Translations under genes and position numbers: made by a program
The notes under the pieces: generated by a model
What the model was told of the DNA's origin: nothing
Database searches by the model: none
What the model saw: the letters and a program-made list of their open reading frames with translations, nothing else
Shown here: positions 23,281 to 36,707 of the stretch, piece after piece
How positions within the stretch are numbered: the stretch's first letter is position 1
How the letters are laid out: each line of letters starts with the position of its first letter
Origin: Octopus vulgaris
Lineage: Eukaryota
DNA: 64,000 nt
NCBI GenBank assembly: GCA_951406725.2
Contig: OX597816.1
Coordinates: 9,610,001-9,674,000 of the forward strand
Reading direction: 5' to 3'

Positions 23281-26200
23281 GAAAAACAGAATTGGGTCAA
23301 AAGCTCTTTTCTGTAAAATGTTATGTTTATTTGAAGATGTCTGAAGTTCATGATTTTTATCTAGATAGTCTACATGATTAATTTGGCTGATAGCTTGATG
23401 TATTCTGCATGGCAATGAATGTTTGACAAACTCTAGAAACCAGTAATACTGAGATACTGAATGAATGCATACAGAAGATTATTGTCAAGAAGGCATCATA
23501 GTTAGTCCAGATTGATAGGACTGTCATGTTTGTAAAGTTCAGCAATGCACCATACTAACACAACTGGGTTTGGGGGCATTTCTTGAGATTGTCTATAGTC
23601 TCCAGGTTGAAAAGACTTGAGAATAGATTATTCAGTTGATTTTCATTGATATCTAGAGTCTCCCTGAAAACGTTATGGCTCTTTCCCATCACTAAATCAT
23701 GATAGAATACAAGGGTTGATGTACAAGTGCCCACATGGCCCAACTAGTAAAGAAGTGCAAGTGTATTTGATCATTGGTCTACTGTATCTGAGTTGACCCA
23801 GAGCTAACTGCAATGAAAATAACAACACACACTCTAAGTTAGTTTGAAAAGCCATGGACATCTTTATTTGTCATGTGTTCAGCAAACTACTTGTGCACTT
23901 TTTTTCACAGATATTTCTCTTTTTGCTTCGTGGAAACATGAGGATATTAACAGAAAATGAAAAACTGTTCAGTCACAAAACCTTCTGTCTGATTTCATTT
24001 ATTACTATTATAAATAAATCCAAACAGACATGTCCTTTTTTTCACCGAGACAGACATTTTCCAACACTGAAGATCAATATAGCTTTCATTTTGTTATAAA
24101 TAAGCCTATAATTGCTCTAGTTCTTAGAATAGTAAATTTTTTAAAAACATATAGAGAAATGAAATACTACTTGTGGGAAAATGTCTACATTAATGGTATT
24201 TGGCAAATATCTCATGCCATAAATGCATGAGTTCAGCCAGGCTGATCCTGAGCACTCACAGTTTTCAATAATTTCTTCTTTATAAAAAACACAAGCACAA
24301 AACTACAAGAACAACAAACACATTTTTCATATCTATTCTTCTGTCATTGATTAAGTTTTTGTAAGTGACAGGAAGCCACAGTAGGGATTATAAATAATCA
24401 ATGAAGCTGACCATGTGATGTTAATAACAGCTTTAAACCGTAAGTGAAAAACAAAACCAGAAAAAGAAATACCATTGGAATAAAAAATTTGGTGAAAAGT
24501 AAAAACAGATTTGAATCCTTACTGAATATGTAGCATTTAAAAGATCCAATTTTCTTTTATAAAATTTAATCAGAGGAAGCAAGAAATGTGGCTATGAACT
24601 TTGTAAGATCTCTGAGTCTGGTAGGGGGGAGGGAGAGAAAGAGAGCATCAATTATGAGCAGCTACATTATGAAGAAGTGCATCAAGATATCAAATTATCT
24701 TCAAGTAAGAAGCCTGTCCAATATACTTGCAACAGAGTGGACTCTACTAAAGGTACCCTAGAGGGGCAGATGGTAGTACTAAGTCAAATGATAAATTGAA
24801 AAGCAGATGCAATTCATCATCTGGGCTTTCACAGTGTTTCTGTCCACCCAATTTTACTTGCAAGGCTTCATTCAACCTTGGAGTATGGTGTACATCTATC
24901 AGGAGGAAAATTCAAAGGAATACAAATTGGAAAACGTATAAATATAAGTGAAAACATTTCTTGGAAAAAAAATAAAACAGAGACTTCTAGTCACATAATT
25001 CTAACAAACAAAATATTACGATTCCAAACTCATTTTTTTTTTGCATTTTTGCTTGAAAAAAAAATCACAATTAATTTTCTTTATTGTTATGTCAAGGAGT
25101 TCCTGTTTTCAAATGAATCAAATTATTATACAACTCCCTTCACCTTTCATAGATAAATATAATAGATAGTGCTAAATAAAGTACCAGTCAAGTGCTGGGG
25201 TTAATGTAACTGACTACACCCCTTCCACTATAGTTGCTGGTCTTGTGCAATAACTGGAAAGAATTTTTATTACTATCATAATGTTGCTATAATCATATAA
25301 TGATCATCAACAAAGATTTAGCATCAAATTTTCCAGAATAGCTAATGTGGAACGGGTCTACTTTCATATTCCATACTATGATAGAAGAATCTCATCTCCA
25401 CTTTTGAATACATTAACCAACACTTTTGATAACCAAAAGCTGTCTCGCTCATATTAATTCAATCTGTCAAACAAATTCATATTGAAAACCTAATAAATCA
25501 TACTAAACTCATTCCTCTTCAATCATTGCATGTTCCCTGCCTTTATTGCTCAAGTATTACTGCTATGCAGCATTGCAATTATGCCAAATGGATAATTTCT
25601 TTGCGTGTGTATGTATGAATGAATAAATCAGCCAGAGAGAGGATAAGAGAACAAGAGTATGGGAGATAGAGAGAGATAGTCCTTTTGTTAAAAACAGGTG
25701 TTCAGTTTCCTAAATTTCTTGTGGATATTTTGTATCCTAGGCAGTATGCATTCACAAACTTCACTTTCAGAACTAATTCTGTCAAAAAGATAACTGAAAT
25801 TAACTGCTACATCCAGCGGTTTCTTTGTGATGCTGTTAGTCATCATCTCTGAATTTCCTCAGTTACTTCTTATTTCAGTCGACTTGAATTAACAAAGCAA
25901 TCTTTGTTCACATACACTGCATACAATATATTGAAGGTAGTTCTTGTATAATTCCGCTTCACATATGAACCGAACAAAAATATATGTATTGCTATAGAAA
26001 ATGGAGGGCTTAAAAACTGAAATGTATATAACGATTCAGAAATTAAATTACAACACCTGAATACAACTAGAAAACATTTTGAAAATATCCACAGTCTAGG
26101 TACGAAGGAAGCAGTGCATACATATCTCATAAACAGTTATGGCTTCATTAGCATAAAAAGCTTGTACACAGATGGAGCAAAAGTGTTGAAAATCAAGAAA

Positions 26201-26371
26201 AATATGTTGGCAAAATAATGTACTTGTACATTATTGTCAGTAAATTTATGAAATCAAATGGCAAAAATACTTTCATTATTAACAGAAAAATTGTTCAAAA
26301 ATCTTTTGCTAAGATGGCATTTGAGTTCAGATTTAGAATTACTTAAGCCATCACAATTAAGTAAGAGCACT

Positions 26372-26520
26372 CTGTACACTCTGTAAAGTGACTGGTGTTA
26401 GGAAAGGCATCCAGCTGTAGAAGCCATTTCAAAGTAGACACAGTCCCCAAGCTTGTCACATCCTGTCAAACTATCCACTCACATCAGCTTGGAAGCTAAA
26501 CATTAAATTATGATAATCAT
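26372..26520 (+). mobile_element. Degenerate RTE-LINE 3' end
   Basis: tacactctgtaaagtgactggtgttaggaaaggcatccagctgtagaa... Confidence 0.75.
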
Positions 26521-26687
26521 TACCATCAAGAGTCTAAGAACTACACCATAAGTTAAAGATGTATAAAGTATCTGATGTCATCTAGAATAAATGATAAAAT
26601 AAGAAAAAGGACAGAATGCTGAATTTAGGCATCTCAGTGTTATGCTATTGGTACAAAATGTTTTCTGTTGGTGCATGCATATCTTAC

Positions 26688-26776
26688 CTGAATTTTGATA
26701 TGTGCTCATAGAAATTCAATTTAAAGTAAAATGGTACACTTACCTACAAAAGAAAAAAAGAAAGAAATTATTAGCA
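26688..26776 (-). promoter_or_regulatory. Candidate recursive splice site (AG|GTAAGT) with 56-nt cryptic exon
   Basis: Minus strand: branch-like tgCTAAT (26776-26770), pyrimidine tract tttctttctttttttcttttg, TAG|GTAAGT junction at 26744/26743, second donor CAG|GTAAGA at 26688/26687. Confidence 0.55.
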
Positions 26777-27223
26777 ATAAGAATTTAGAAAAAAGAATTT
26801 AAAGCAAATATTAAAGCAAAATAATAAAATTTAATGACTTCTGTAACAGACAATGAATAAAGCTGATAGTGTGTGGTTCCTTGTACTTGACCATTTTGTT
26901 TCTTTTATTTTAGCATGAAGCCTTATATATGAAATACAGTTCTCTATGAGACCCTTAGATGTGACACTCCTGAGCAAGTGAAATTAAATGCTGCTTATTT
27001 TTTTGATATTGTTTAATAGCTACACTCAGCTATTAATTTATATGTTAGATGTTAGGTGTATTATAAAGCAATAATTTATGATTATATATACAATAAGAAA
27101 ATAACAACTTAAGTGATGTGACTGAATAGTACATTGAACATTGAAGTTAATTACAAATTCAGTCTTTTATTTTCTTATGTCTTAATTTAGTCTCTAAGAG
27201 ATATTTCTGTAATTTATCTTTAT

Positions 27224-27390
27224 GGTTGTCATGACTGTGTGGTTAAGAAGTTTGGTTCTCAACCATATGGTTCTTGGCTCAGTCTCACAGTGTGGCACCT
27301 TGGGCAAGTGTCTTCTATTATAACCTTGGGTTGACCAAAACCTAGTGAGTGGTGCACTTGGTGGACTGAAACTGAAATAAATATATCTCT

Positions 27391-27456
<66 letters not shown>

Positions 27457-27690
27457 TGTATGCTTGTGTCTTTGACATTGTGGGATAGTTGTAAATGAAT
27501 GTCACTATCATCAAGTGGTGTCATTCATTTCTTATATCCTGTGGACACATGTATGGCCAGTGGGAACTATCAACTTGCTTGGAAACAAGAAAAGGAAGGG
27601 CATCCAGGCACAGAAAATGTTTCAACAAATTACATCTGATCCATACAAACATGAAAAAATGGATGTTAAAACAATGATGATAATGATGAA
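27224..27690 (+). mobile_element. SINE family B: family A head with an RTE-derived tail
   Basis: Head/CORE-like part as family A, (TG)n, a different middle, then aggaagggcatccag...atccatacaaacatgaaaaaatggatgttaaaacaatgatgataatgatg, matching the RTE 3' end. Confidence 0.8.
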
Positions 27691-28486
27691 GTTGGTTGGG
27701 TACACTAAGCAGTTGCTTTATGCATTATTTCTTAGTATGCTCTTCTCTTTTAACCATACTTAGTTCTAAAAACATATTGGCCATATTTGAGAAATAATTA
27801 TGAAATTTTATAGAAAAGATATTTTTTTGCAATTTCAGCGTGATATTTTGAGGATATGACACTGTTATTTAAAATTGTTTTCCGCAAAATTAAACACAGA
27901 AATGATAAGTGTCTCTATTAAACAAAAATAGAATTCTATGAGAGGAAGAAAGAGAGAGAGAGAGAGAGGGGGAGGAGAAGAAGACATTAAACACATCACT
28001 CCTACGTCGGTTTAATGGATTATAGACGGTGAGTATTTAGATTCCAGAATAGTTTCAAATTTTACTTTGATTCTCTAAAGTGTTTGGTAACAGCGATTGA
28101 AAATTTTCTTGTTAATCATTGAGTAAAGAGTTATATCTGAAGGCTTAGAGTTAATGCTAAAAGTTATTCTTGATTATGAAGCATAAATAACTTTTTCTGT
28201 GGAGTCATTAAAGGTATGATGCAGCTTGTTTGATATAAAAATATTTCATGAATAGTAATGCATGACAGAAGAGGAAGTGGATTGATAGCTATAATTATGT
28301 ATTAATGCTACACTGTGAACTCGTATTTTATAGCTTTGCTGTTGCTGCTTTTCCAATGCAGGCATCATCGCATCATGATTAAGAAGTTTAGTTTGATTTA
28401 CAGCCATGTGGTTTGATCAAAGTGTATGACATCTTGATCATAGTTTTTTCTATTTTTCTACCACTGCTGTACTGAAGGTTGCCATG

Positions 28487-28525
<39 letters not shown>

Positions 28526-28549
28526 GAATGTATATATGTATATATATAG

Positions 28550-28746
28550 TTAATCCAAACATGAAAACACAAAGAGAAAACACACAACGCAAGGACGTGG
28601 AACAAGTATATTGTTATTGGACGCTCAGGAAAGGAAAGAAAGAAGGAAGATTTAACGTTTCGAGTGGAGCTCTTCATCAGAAACAGGAAAGATCCAAAGA
28701 AGGGAAGACAGAGGGAAAAAATCGCCAATGGTACACACTTGGTGAC
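28550..28746 (-). mobile_element. Short element carrying a minimal hammerhead, between TA and CA arrays
   Basis: ~195-bp unique island bounded by microsatellites; hammerhead at 28650-28684. Confidence 0.7.
28650..28684 (-). ncRNA. Minimal type I hammerhead ribozyme motif with intact core
   Basis: Minus strand: guuu-CUGAUGA-a-gag/cucca/cuc-GAAAC-GUU-aaau; stem III reduced to the palindrome ACGU. Confidence 0.7.
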
Positions 28747-29086
28747 ACACACACACACAAATATATGTATATACATATATATGTAAATATATATGTATAC
28801 ACAAATATATATATATATATATATATATAATTAGGAAAAAGTCATTATTTAATGATTTATCAGTGGCCAGCATACAAACTGGACCATATTGATTAATTTA
28901 TATTTAAGTATAATTATAAAATATAATTATGATAAAGGACACTGAATTGACAATGTCTGAACACTAGAAATAGACACCAGATGGACTACAAACCACTTAA
29001 GTTATTGCTCCATTACTACATAATAATTTAATATGGACAGCAGTGAGCAATGTTTGCCAAAAAGGAAACTATGATTGTCATTAAAT

Positions 29087-29281
29087 GTGGCACATAAAAA
29101 GCACCCACTACACTCTTGGAGTGGTTGGCATTAGGAAGGGCATCCAGCTGTAGAAACTCTGCCAGACCAGGTTGGAGCTTGGTGCAGCCGCTGGCTCTTC
29201 AGACTGCAATCAAATAATCCAACCCATGCCAGCATGGAAAACAGATGTTAATCGATGATGATGATGATAATGATGATGATG

Positions 29282-29283
<2 letters not shown>
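29087..29283 (+). mobile_element. RTE-LINE 3' end
   Basis: gtggcacataaaaagcacccactacactcttggagtggttggcattaggaagggcatccagc...(GAT)n. Confidence 0.9.
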
Positions 29284-29356
<73 letters not shown>

Positions 29357-31653
29357 CATAAACATGTTTACATATATATATGCAGATATATATGTATATC
29401 AATACATGTCCATGCACATACATACAAGTATATTTGTCTATATATATACTGTGTGTTTGTATGTAGGTAACTTCTGACAATATATAATGTTGAAGAATGT
29501 GAATATCATAAAGAAAACTGGACAAGTGATGCCCCTAAACAAAGTTGAAGGCATCACTTGTCCAGTTGTTCTGTTTTGACTTACAGAGTTTCTTACTCTC
29601 GGCAATGCAATGAACCAATGATTCACTCATTGGAAACCTATAACTAACAATACTTTTGTTCACCAATGGCAGTATGAAATAAGGAAATAAAGAGTGAAAT
29701 GTGAAACAATAATTGGAACTTCGGTTTTTTTTTGTTTTAGTTTCAAATATTGGAGGTTAAAAATTCTAGAGATGTCATTCATTCATGCCATCTAATAATA
29801 TACTCTGTATCAACCTCTTTCAGGCAGTAGCATTGTTGCTAGCATTTATAATTTCAGTAAAAATTATAACTTAGCAATAAAAAAGTTCTTGCCAATAAGA
29901 CAAGTGAACAATATTTGTTATAGAAATACATGATTTCTCTCTTCTGATTGTTAAACACATCAAATAGTGTGAATTCTATGGCACTGGGTCGCATTCAAAT
30001 TTTTATGTTAAAAATACAAATATAAAAATAAAAATGTGATTATTGTGTTTACTTTTTCTTCTGTAGTCAGTATTCATATTCTAAGATGAAATTCAATAAC
30101 AAGTGCTCTAAGGAAATGTTTTACCAACACACTATTCTTGATAAGTTGTTGTTTTTCTATTGTTTCAATGCAAGAGCCATGATTTATTGATATAGTTGTT
30201 TTGAAATTGATTAAGGAGAGAGAAACACTTTTTTTAAAAAGTTAAAACAATTTAATTGCCACGGAATTTAGCCCAAAACTATAGAATTATTCATCTTTTA
30301 AAAATTATTAAGAGTGAAAGAGAAAAATTGCAGTTTTGAGAAATATCATATAAAGAAAGCAAAATATTTAAAAATTGAATTTTTTTCTACAACTTTTTTG
30401 TTTTATTTCTAATCAAACTTTCCTCTACTATGGTTTCTGTTGTTGAAAATAAATAAAAATCAAATAACTATTTTTCATTTGAAATGCTAGAATATTTGAG
30501 TTGCTATCATAATAAAAATTAAAATTAGAAACCAAAATAAAACAAAAAAGTCTAAAAAGAAATGTGAATAGAGAAGCTAGAAGACAATCAGAGTGTGTAA
30601 TTGTCCAATCAGGCATCTCTTGAAATATGGAAATTATGTTTGTTTTCAATGAAGATGGTTTCTAGTATCTTTTTACTCCTTGCAGACATGTAAGACACTA
30701 CAATAAGCAAAACATGGTGGTGTGGTCTATCATCTTCATAAAGGGCTGCTAGTAACCCTTTATCAACATGATACACCACATGACTATACTAAAATATACC
30801 ATGATTCCATTCTATAAAAATATCTATGGTCATAGCAGCTGCCTTGTCTGGCCACAATACAAAAGTAATATGTATGACTAAGGAACTTGCTGTAGGCAAC
30901 TATCCTAGAAGAATGTATAATAATGATAGTCATTACACTCGACCACATTAGTTTTTTCTTATATGACTATACAATATATTATATATTTTCATGTTATTTC
31001 TATATTTGTATACATATAGGCATAATATTTGTATACATATATGCATAATTTATTTTGTACACTCGCAGTGTCTTGTATGGCTAAATCAGGTGTTATGTAT
31101 ACCAACGTAATGTTGATATTTTTGATAGATCTGATAGATTTGTATTTGGTAAGGTTAATGAATGTAAATATTAACCTACAAGTGTTGGGTAACAATCCTA
31201 TTTCTCACTCATTATGAACATCATGCTGGCAATCCTATACATTTCCATCATCATAAAAATTGTAGATGTCCACATTAAATATATAATGATACACAAGGAA
31301 TATATAAATGTCATTAACAGACATATTCAAGAACACTAAAATTCATGTATAGTTAGACTTGATGCAGATACTGCTATGCTAGGATATAGTTTAAACACAG
31401 TTTAGCTGTAGACTTTGGCATGTGAACATAATTAGGAACAATCTCCAGTTGAAAAATAAAGAAATGAGATGTTAAAAGCAACTAAAAGAAAATTTCAGCT
31501 TAATAGAATGGTGCATGTATATGGACTTAATTATATTTACATACATATTAGCTTGTAATACAAGCTAAAGTATTTGTAAATTTACATATCGGCATACATG
31601 AATGCAGGTGTGTGTGTGTGTGTGTGTGCATGTATGAGAGTGTGTGTGTGTGT

Positions 31654-31949
31654 AGGTACAGGCATGACTGTGTGATAAGAAACTTGCTTTCCAGCCTTAT
31701 GGATCCTGGTTTAGTTCCACTTTGGGGCACTATGGGCAAGTGACTTCTACTATGGTCTATGACAAACCAAAGTTTTGTGAGTGGATTTAGTAGATAGAAA
31801 CTGAAAGATGTTTATTGTGTATATATATATATAAATTTAAATAATAAGGGTAAAAAATTGAATATTAATTTAATTAATATCAATTTAAACCAGTGGCTTA
31901 GCATATTGAAAAAATCTGAAGATTCAGAAAAGTATATGTAAGATATATA

Positions 31950-31999
<50 letters not shown>

Positions 32000-32132
32000 C
32001 ATACATACATGCATATTCATATCTTTGTGTGTGTGTGTCTTTGTGTCTTTACTTGACCCCCCACCACCACTTGACAACCGGTGTTGGTTTGTTTACCCAA
32101 TGGTTCAGTAAAAGAGACTAACAGGAAAGATA
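31654..32132 (+). mobile_element. SINE family A with an expanded and interrupted central microsatellite
   Basis: Head at 31654-31810; AT-rich island 31840-31933 inside the TA tract; truncated 3' half to ~32132. Confidence 0.8.
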
Positions 32133-32264
32133 AATGATACATGTATGTATATACATATATACACACGTGCATATATATAAATACATATATCAATCAATCA
32201 ATATTTATTATTTAACATTCAACAAAGAAATATGAACAATAGGGAAAAACGGATGTAGGCAGCA

Positions 32265-32570
32265 GTCATTGGCAGACATAGTTTATTAAGGCTTTCCACT
32301 CATTTCCATCTTCATCTGCTTGAAGTATTTCATTGAGCAACATCCTGCAGTCTGCACAAATCATATGATGGTAAATTATTCTTGGTCGTTTCCTCCTGCA
32401 CTTTTCACCGTGTAGGTAGTTAAGCAGCAGGTGCTGTTGATGATGTTCATTGGCTGGGTGTCACAGTTGGTGACCAATCCATCTCAGCCAGCGTTCCTTT
32501 ATCCTTGTGCTAATTTGCTTTACGTCAGCCATTTAGTACAATGTATCATTGGAAACATGGTCGTTAAGGG
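32265..32570 (-). mobile_element. Decayed LINE (RTE-like) ORF2 C-terminus
   Basis: Minus strand reads NDHVSNDTLY*MADVKQISTRIKERWLRWIGHQL*HP...HGEKCRRKRPRIIY...EWKALI, typical of the RxRWxGH...GRPR tail of RTE-like ORF2. Confidence 0.75.
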
Positions 32571-33629
32571 CTGACATATTTTCTTCAGATTCCTTATGTG
32601 AAAAGAATTTACTACGGCCCTTTGCTGATATCTATTTGTTACTCATGTCTTTCAAATGATTACAGCAGCTGAGTAGTGCCACAGTTAGAAGAGTGTTGGA
32701 GGAGGAAGATTGGGTACAGAGCCTGGCATGCACAGGCAAAAGCACATTGCTTTAAGGACCTCACTTTTACCATGACAGACAGGTTTTCTCTGGCACTGCA
32801 AATTGCAAATCATCTTGGACCTTTGTCATTCCTTCCACGATGCTCAACATATTGAGATTGTGTGTATATATGTGTGTGTGTGTGTGTGTGTATGCATGCC
32901 TATGTAAATTTACTTATAGGCAAACATAAAGATGTGTAAATACACACACACACATTTATATATATGTAATTTCATAAACATGAAGGTTAAAAGTGCAATA
33001 TGATGTTTTTCTTTTCAAATGCACACATGTTCCATTGATTTGAAAATGAGAAGTGTGTAGTTCGACAGAAATATTTCTCAATACACTTAAACATGTTCAG
33101 TCAATGAAGATTTAGACAATATTGTTATAACAAAAGCAAAATAAAATACTAAAATACTAGTCTTCCTGTGTTTTTTTTTCTCTTGTGGAAATTTAATATC
33201 TTTGTTTATAGAGAAACTATTTGTACATCAATTCTTAGTATTAAACATTTTGTGGAAAAACACATCCAACTAAAAGTAAAGTGTATTTTCCAACAGTAGA
33301 ATCTACCACTCATGTATAACTTATTTTATTTAATATCCGATATATTTTCAATATGACTGTATTACTTTGTTGACTAGAATCCATATTAAAAGGTGAGCAC
33401 TATTTTAACAATAAAATAGTAAATAACATTAAGTGCCAAGTCAGAGAACACCCAAATAACTGGTATTTATAAATTCTAATATGAAAATTATTCAATTTAC
33501 TAGTCATCATCAGAAAGAACTTATCATTTCTAAAACTTGTTCAACTTATATTGCTACATGTTAGAATAAGCTTCAACAGAATTTGATAGTGTTGTGAAAA
33601 GTAACAAATTTACTCTGCAAAATGGTTGA

Positions 33630-33765
33630 CATTAGGGAGGGTAGCTAGCCATGAGAACCATGCCGAAATAGACAGTGGAGCTTGGTGCAGTCCTTTGGCT
33701 TGCCAGCTCCTATCAAACTGTCTAACACATGCTAACATGGAAGATGGATGATAATGATGATAATG
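33630..33765 (+). mobile_element. Degenerate RTE-LINE 3' end
   Basis: cattagggaggg...aacacatgctaacatggaagatggatgataatgatgataatg. Confidence 0.7.
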
Positions 33766-33949
33766 AATACTTCTACTAAACTAATTGATATTGGATATTA
33801 GAAGTGTATCAGAAAAAGAAATGCATTTTGTATATAATATGAGACTCATGTTATATATTATTTCTCTTTATCACAGGTTTTGTTGGAGCTCCTGGAGTCT
33901 TATATGCATAGCAGGCTTGCTACTTGCAGCCTATGATACCATGCTACCC

Positions 33950-34086
33950 ATTCTTTTCTGCTATCAAATACTTTCCTGATTATTCTGGCCGTGCCAAGGC
34001 GGTAAACCTTTTGTAACAGTTCTACTGGGCACTCAGTTTCAATTACCTTTATATTCCCCTTGATGTCTTCTGATATTGTTCCCAAG
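33950..34086 (-). mobile_element. C-terminal fragment of an RLE-type non-LTR retrotransposon (R4/Dong/NeSL-like)
   Basis: LGTISEDIKGNIKVIETECPVELLQKVYRLGTARIIRKVFD matches the GALG...LQKxxLLGTARILRKVL terminus of R4/Dong-like proteins; joined to a SINE head at 34087-34185. Confidence 0.75.
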
Positions 34087-34571
34087 TCATGATTTGGTTG
34101 TGTCAAGCTGCTACACAGTTGGATTGAACTTGAAACTATGCATTTATGAAGCAAACACCTTAACCACACAGCCATACCTATGCCTGTTGCAAAAATTTAC
34201 ATTAAGCATCCTGAAATTATCTACTGCCCATTTCACAAAAAACACTCTAATTTTACTATTCTGCATCAATTTGTTATAAAACATTAAAAAATCTACTTTC
34301 TTCACAGGTGGTTATGAATCTATTGTCTAGTAAAAGAAACATTGTTTTCCAGGCTGAATGTATGTATTAAGCATGAAAAAAAAATAATAAAAAAAAAGAA
34401 CCCCCAGAAATTGTCTATCATTTCAGATGAACAATTGCAACAGTTTATAACTTGTGACTCAGAGGTAAAGCCATTAGCAGTTAACCCTCTATAATAAATT
34501 CAGTTGAAGTGTCAGTTTGTTTTAAGCCCAACTGAAATATTGCAACCACTGTAGTTTCTCTACAGTTTACT

Positions 34572-34940
34572 GGAAGCACTCCGTCGGTTACGACGATGAG
34601 GGTACCAGTTGATCCGAATCAACGGAACAGCCTGCTCGTGAAATTAACGTGTAAGTGGCTGAGCACTCCACAGACATGTGCACCCTTAACGTAGTTCTCA
34701 GGGATATTCAGCGTGACACAGAGAGTGACAAGGCCGGCCCTTTGAAATACAGGTACAACAGAAACAGGAAGTAAGAGTGAGAGAAAGTTGTGGTGAAAGA
34801 GTACAGCAGGGATCACCACCATCCTCTGCCGGAGCCTTGTGGAGCTTTTAGGTGTTTTCGCTCAATAAACACTCACAACGCCCGGTCTGGGAATCGAAAC
34901 CGCGATCCTACAACCGCGAGTCTGCTGCCCTAACCACTGC
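34572..34940 (-). mobile_element. tRNA-derived SINE family D, young copy with 10-bp TSD
   Basis: Minus head cagtggttagggcagcagactcgcgg...ggtttcgattcccagaccggg (A/B boxes); acagtttact duplicated at 34562-34571 and 34941-34950. Confidence 0.9.
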
Positions 34941-34964
34941 ACAGTTTACTATATAGTTTATAAA

Positions 34965-35208
34965 CAGGGTGGTACAAAAGTAGTTATACAGTTATGAGAA
35001 AAGAAAACTACAATACTCATTTATTTTTATCAAAATGATTAAAAGTTACGATAAAAGTATTATTATAGTTATGATAAATGTATTATTATGATTAATGACA
35101 TTGGAAATATTTCTAAAATGAGGCTAATTTAGTATGCAAATAATTTTAACGAATTAAGTATTATAACATTGATGTGATGCTTACTGTATACCTACTTTTG
35201 CACTCCTC
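34965..35208. mobile_element. Tc1/mariner-type MITE
   Basis: Imperfect ~28-bp TIRs cagggtggtacaaaagtagttatacagt and actgtatacctacttttgcactcctc; AT-rich interior. Confidence 0.7.
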
Positions 35209-35237
35209 TATATATAGAGACATATATATATATATAT

Positions 35238-35627
35238 ACTCTTTTACTTGTTTCAGTCATTTGACTGCAGCCATGCTGGAGCACCGCCTTTAGTCGAGCA
35301 AATCGACCCCAGGACTTTTTCTTTGTAAGCCCAATACTTATTCTATCAGTCTCTTTTGCCGAACTGCTAAGTGACGGGGACATAAACACACCAGCATCGG
35401 TTGTCAAGCAATGCTAGGGGGACAAACACAGACACACGCACACACACATATATATATACATATATACGACGGGCTTCTTTCAGTTTCCGTCTACCAAATC
35501 CACTCACAAGACTTTGGTCGGCCTGAGGCTATAGTAGAAGACACTTGCCCAAGGTGCCACGCAGTGGGACTGAACCCGGAACCGTGTGGTTCATAAGCAA
35601 GCTACTTACCACACAGCCACTCCTGCG
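35238..35627 (-). mobile_element. tRNA-derived SINE family A, young copy
   Basis: Near-identical reverse complement of 21211-21616. Confidence 0.95.
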
Positions 35628-36411
35628 CTATACGTAAAAAAAAAAATAAAACCAAAACAAAAAACATATGCCTTATACCACAGCTCTTCCCTAATCCTTC
35701 AGGACTCAGATTAATTCTGAAGATTCTGAAACACTTTTGCAATAGAAATTTCCCGCGTTTTAATGTACCCAATGAAAGTGTATCAATCATTATATACTTT
35801 ACACATATAAATTATATAAGTATAATTTATGTTTGTAAAATATATTCAAACTAAATTAGCTTCTTTGTATGTCTGACTTCCGAATCATTTTCCTTTGTAA
35901 ATAACTTTATAGATATGCTAGTTTTATAATCACTTCCCTCTTATTTGAATAAACAGAAAAAAAACATTAAAAACTGTATTAAATAAAATCAATTTCTAAA
36001 AGAAGTGAGCAACAGACTTTTGTGAATAGAAGACAAAATCAAATTCAAGTATCTCATTAGAATATCATATTCGATCAGAATAATTGAAGTGTCTAGGAAT
36101 TCTTATTTCCCATAGGACTAATTAAAAACTACCGATAATAAGAAACAGACAAAAGAAAGAAAAGAAAAGAAATTTTCAGCAGGATTGTTAATCTCAGCCA
36201 ATGTATATAACAGCTCTTCACTTCACATCTTGTGATTGTAATGAATATATTGCAAACCATATTTGCAGTGTATGATTTGGCCTCTTCAAAACTGTAACAC
36301 AGACTGGTTCTCACACACACACACATGCACACACATACACAAGCACACACACACACATATCACACACATCACACATGTATATATATATATATACACACAC
36401 ATGCACACACA

Positions 36412-36503
36412 CAGAGTAGAACCTCGGTTTTCAAACAACTCTGATCACGAATAAATTGTACTTTATCTCCTGTCTTTCTCATATTCATTTAATACAGTAT
36501 TAC

Positions 36504-36563
<60 letters not shown>

Positions 36564-36613
36564 ATCTATATCTATATATATATAATCTATTTGTATATAT
36601 ATACAAATATATT

Positions 36614-36660
<47 letters not shown>

Positions 36661-36707
36661 CATGATTTATTCGAGATCAGAGTTGTTCAAAAACCAAGGT
36701 ACTACTG
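36412..36707. mobile_element. pogo/Tigger-like MITE filled with (TATC)n/(TA)n
   Basis: ~44-bp TIRs (ca)gagtagaacctcggttttcaaacaactctgatcacgaataaat and atttattcgagatcagagttgttcaaaaaccaaggtactactg, followed by TA. Confidence 0.8.
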
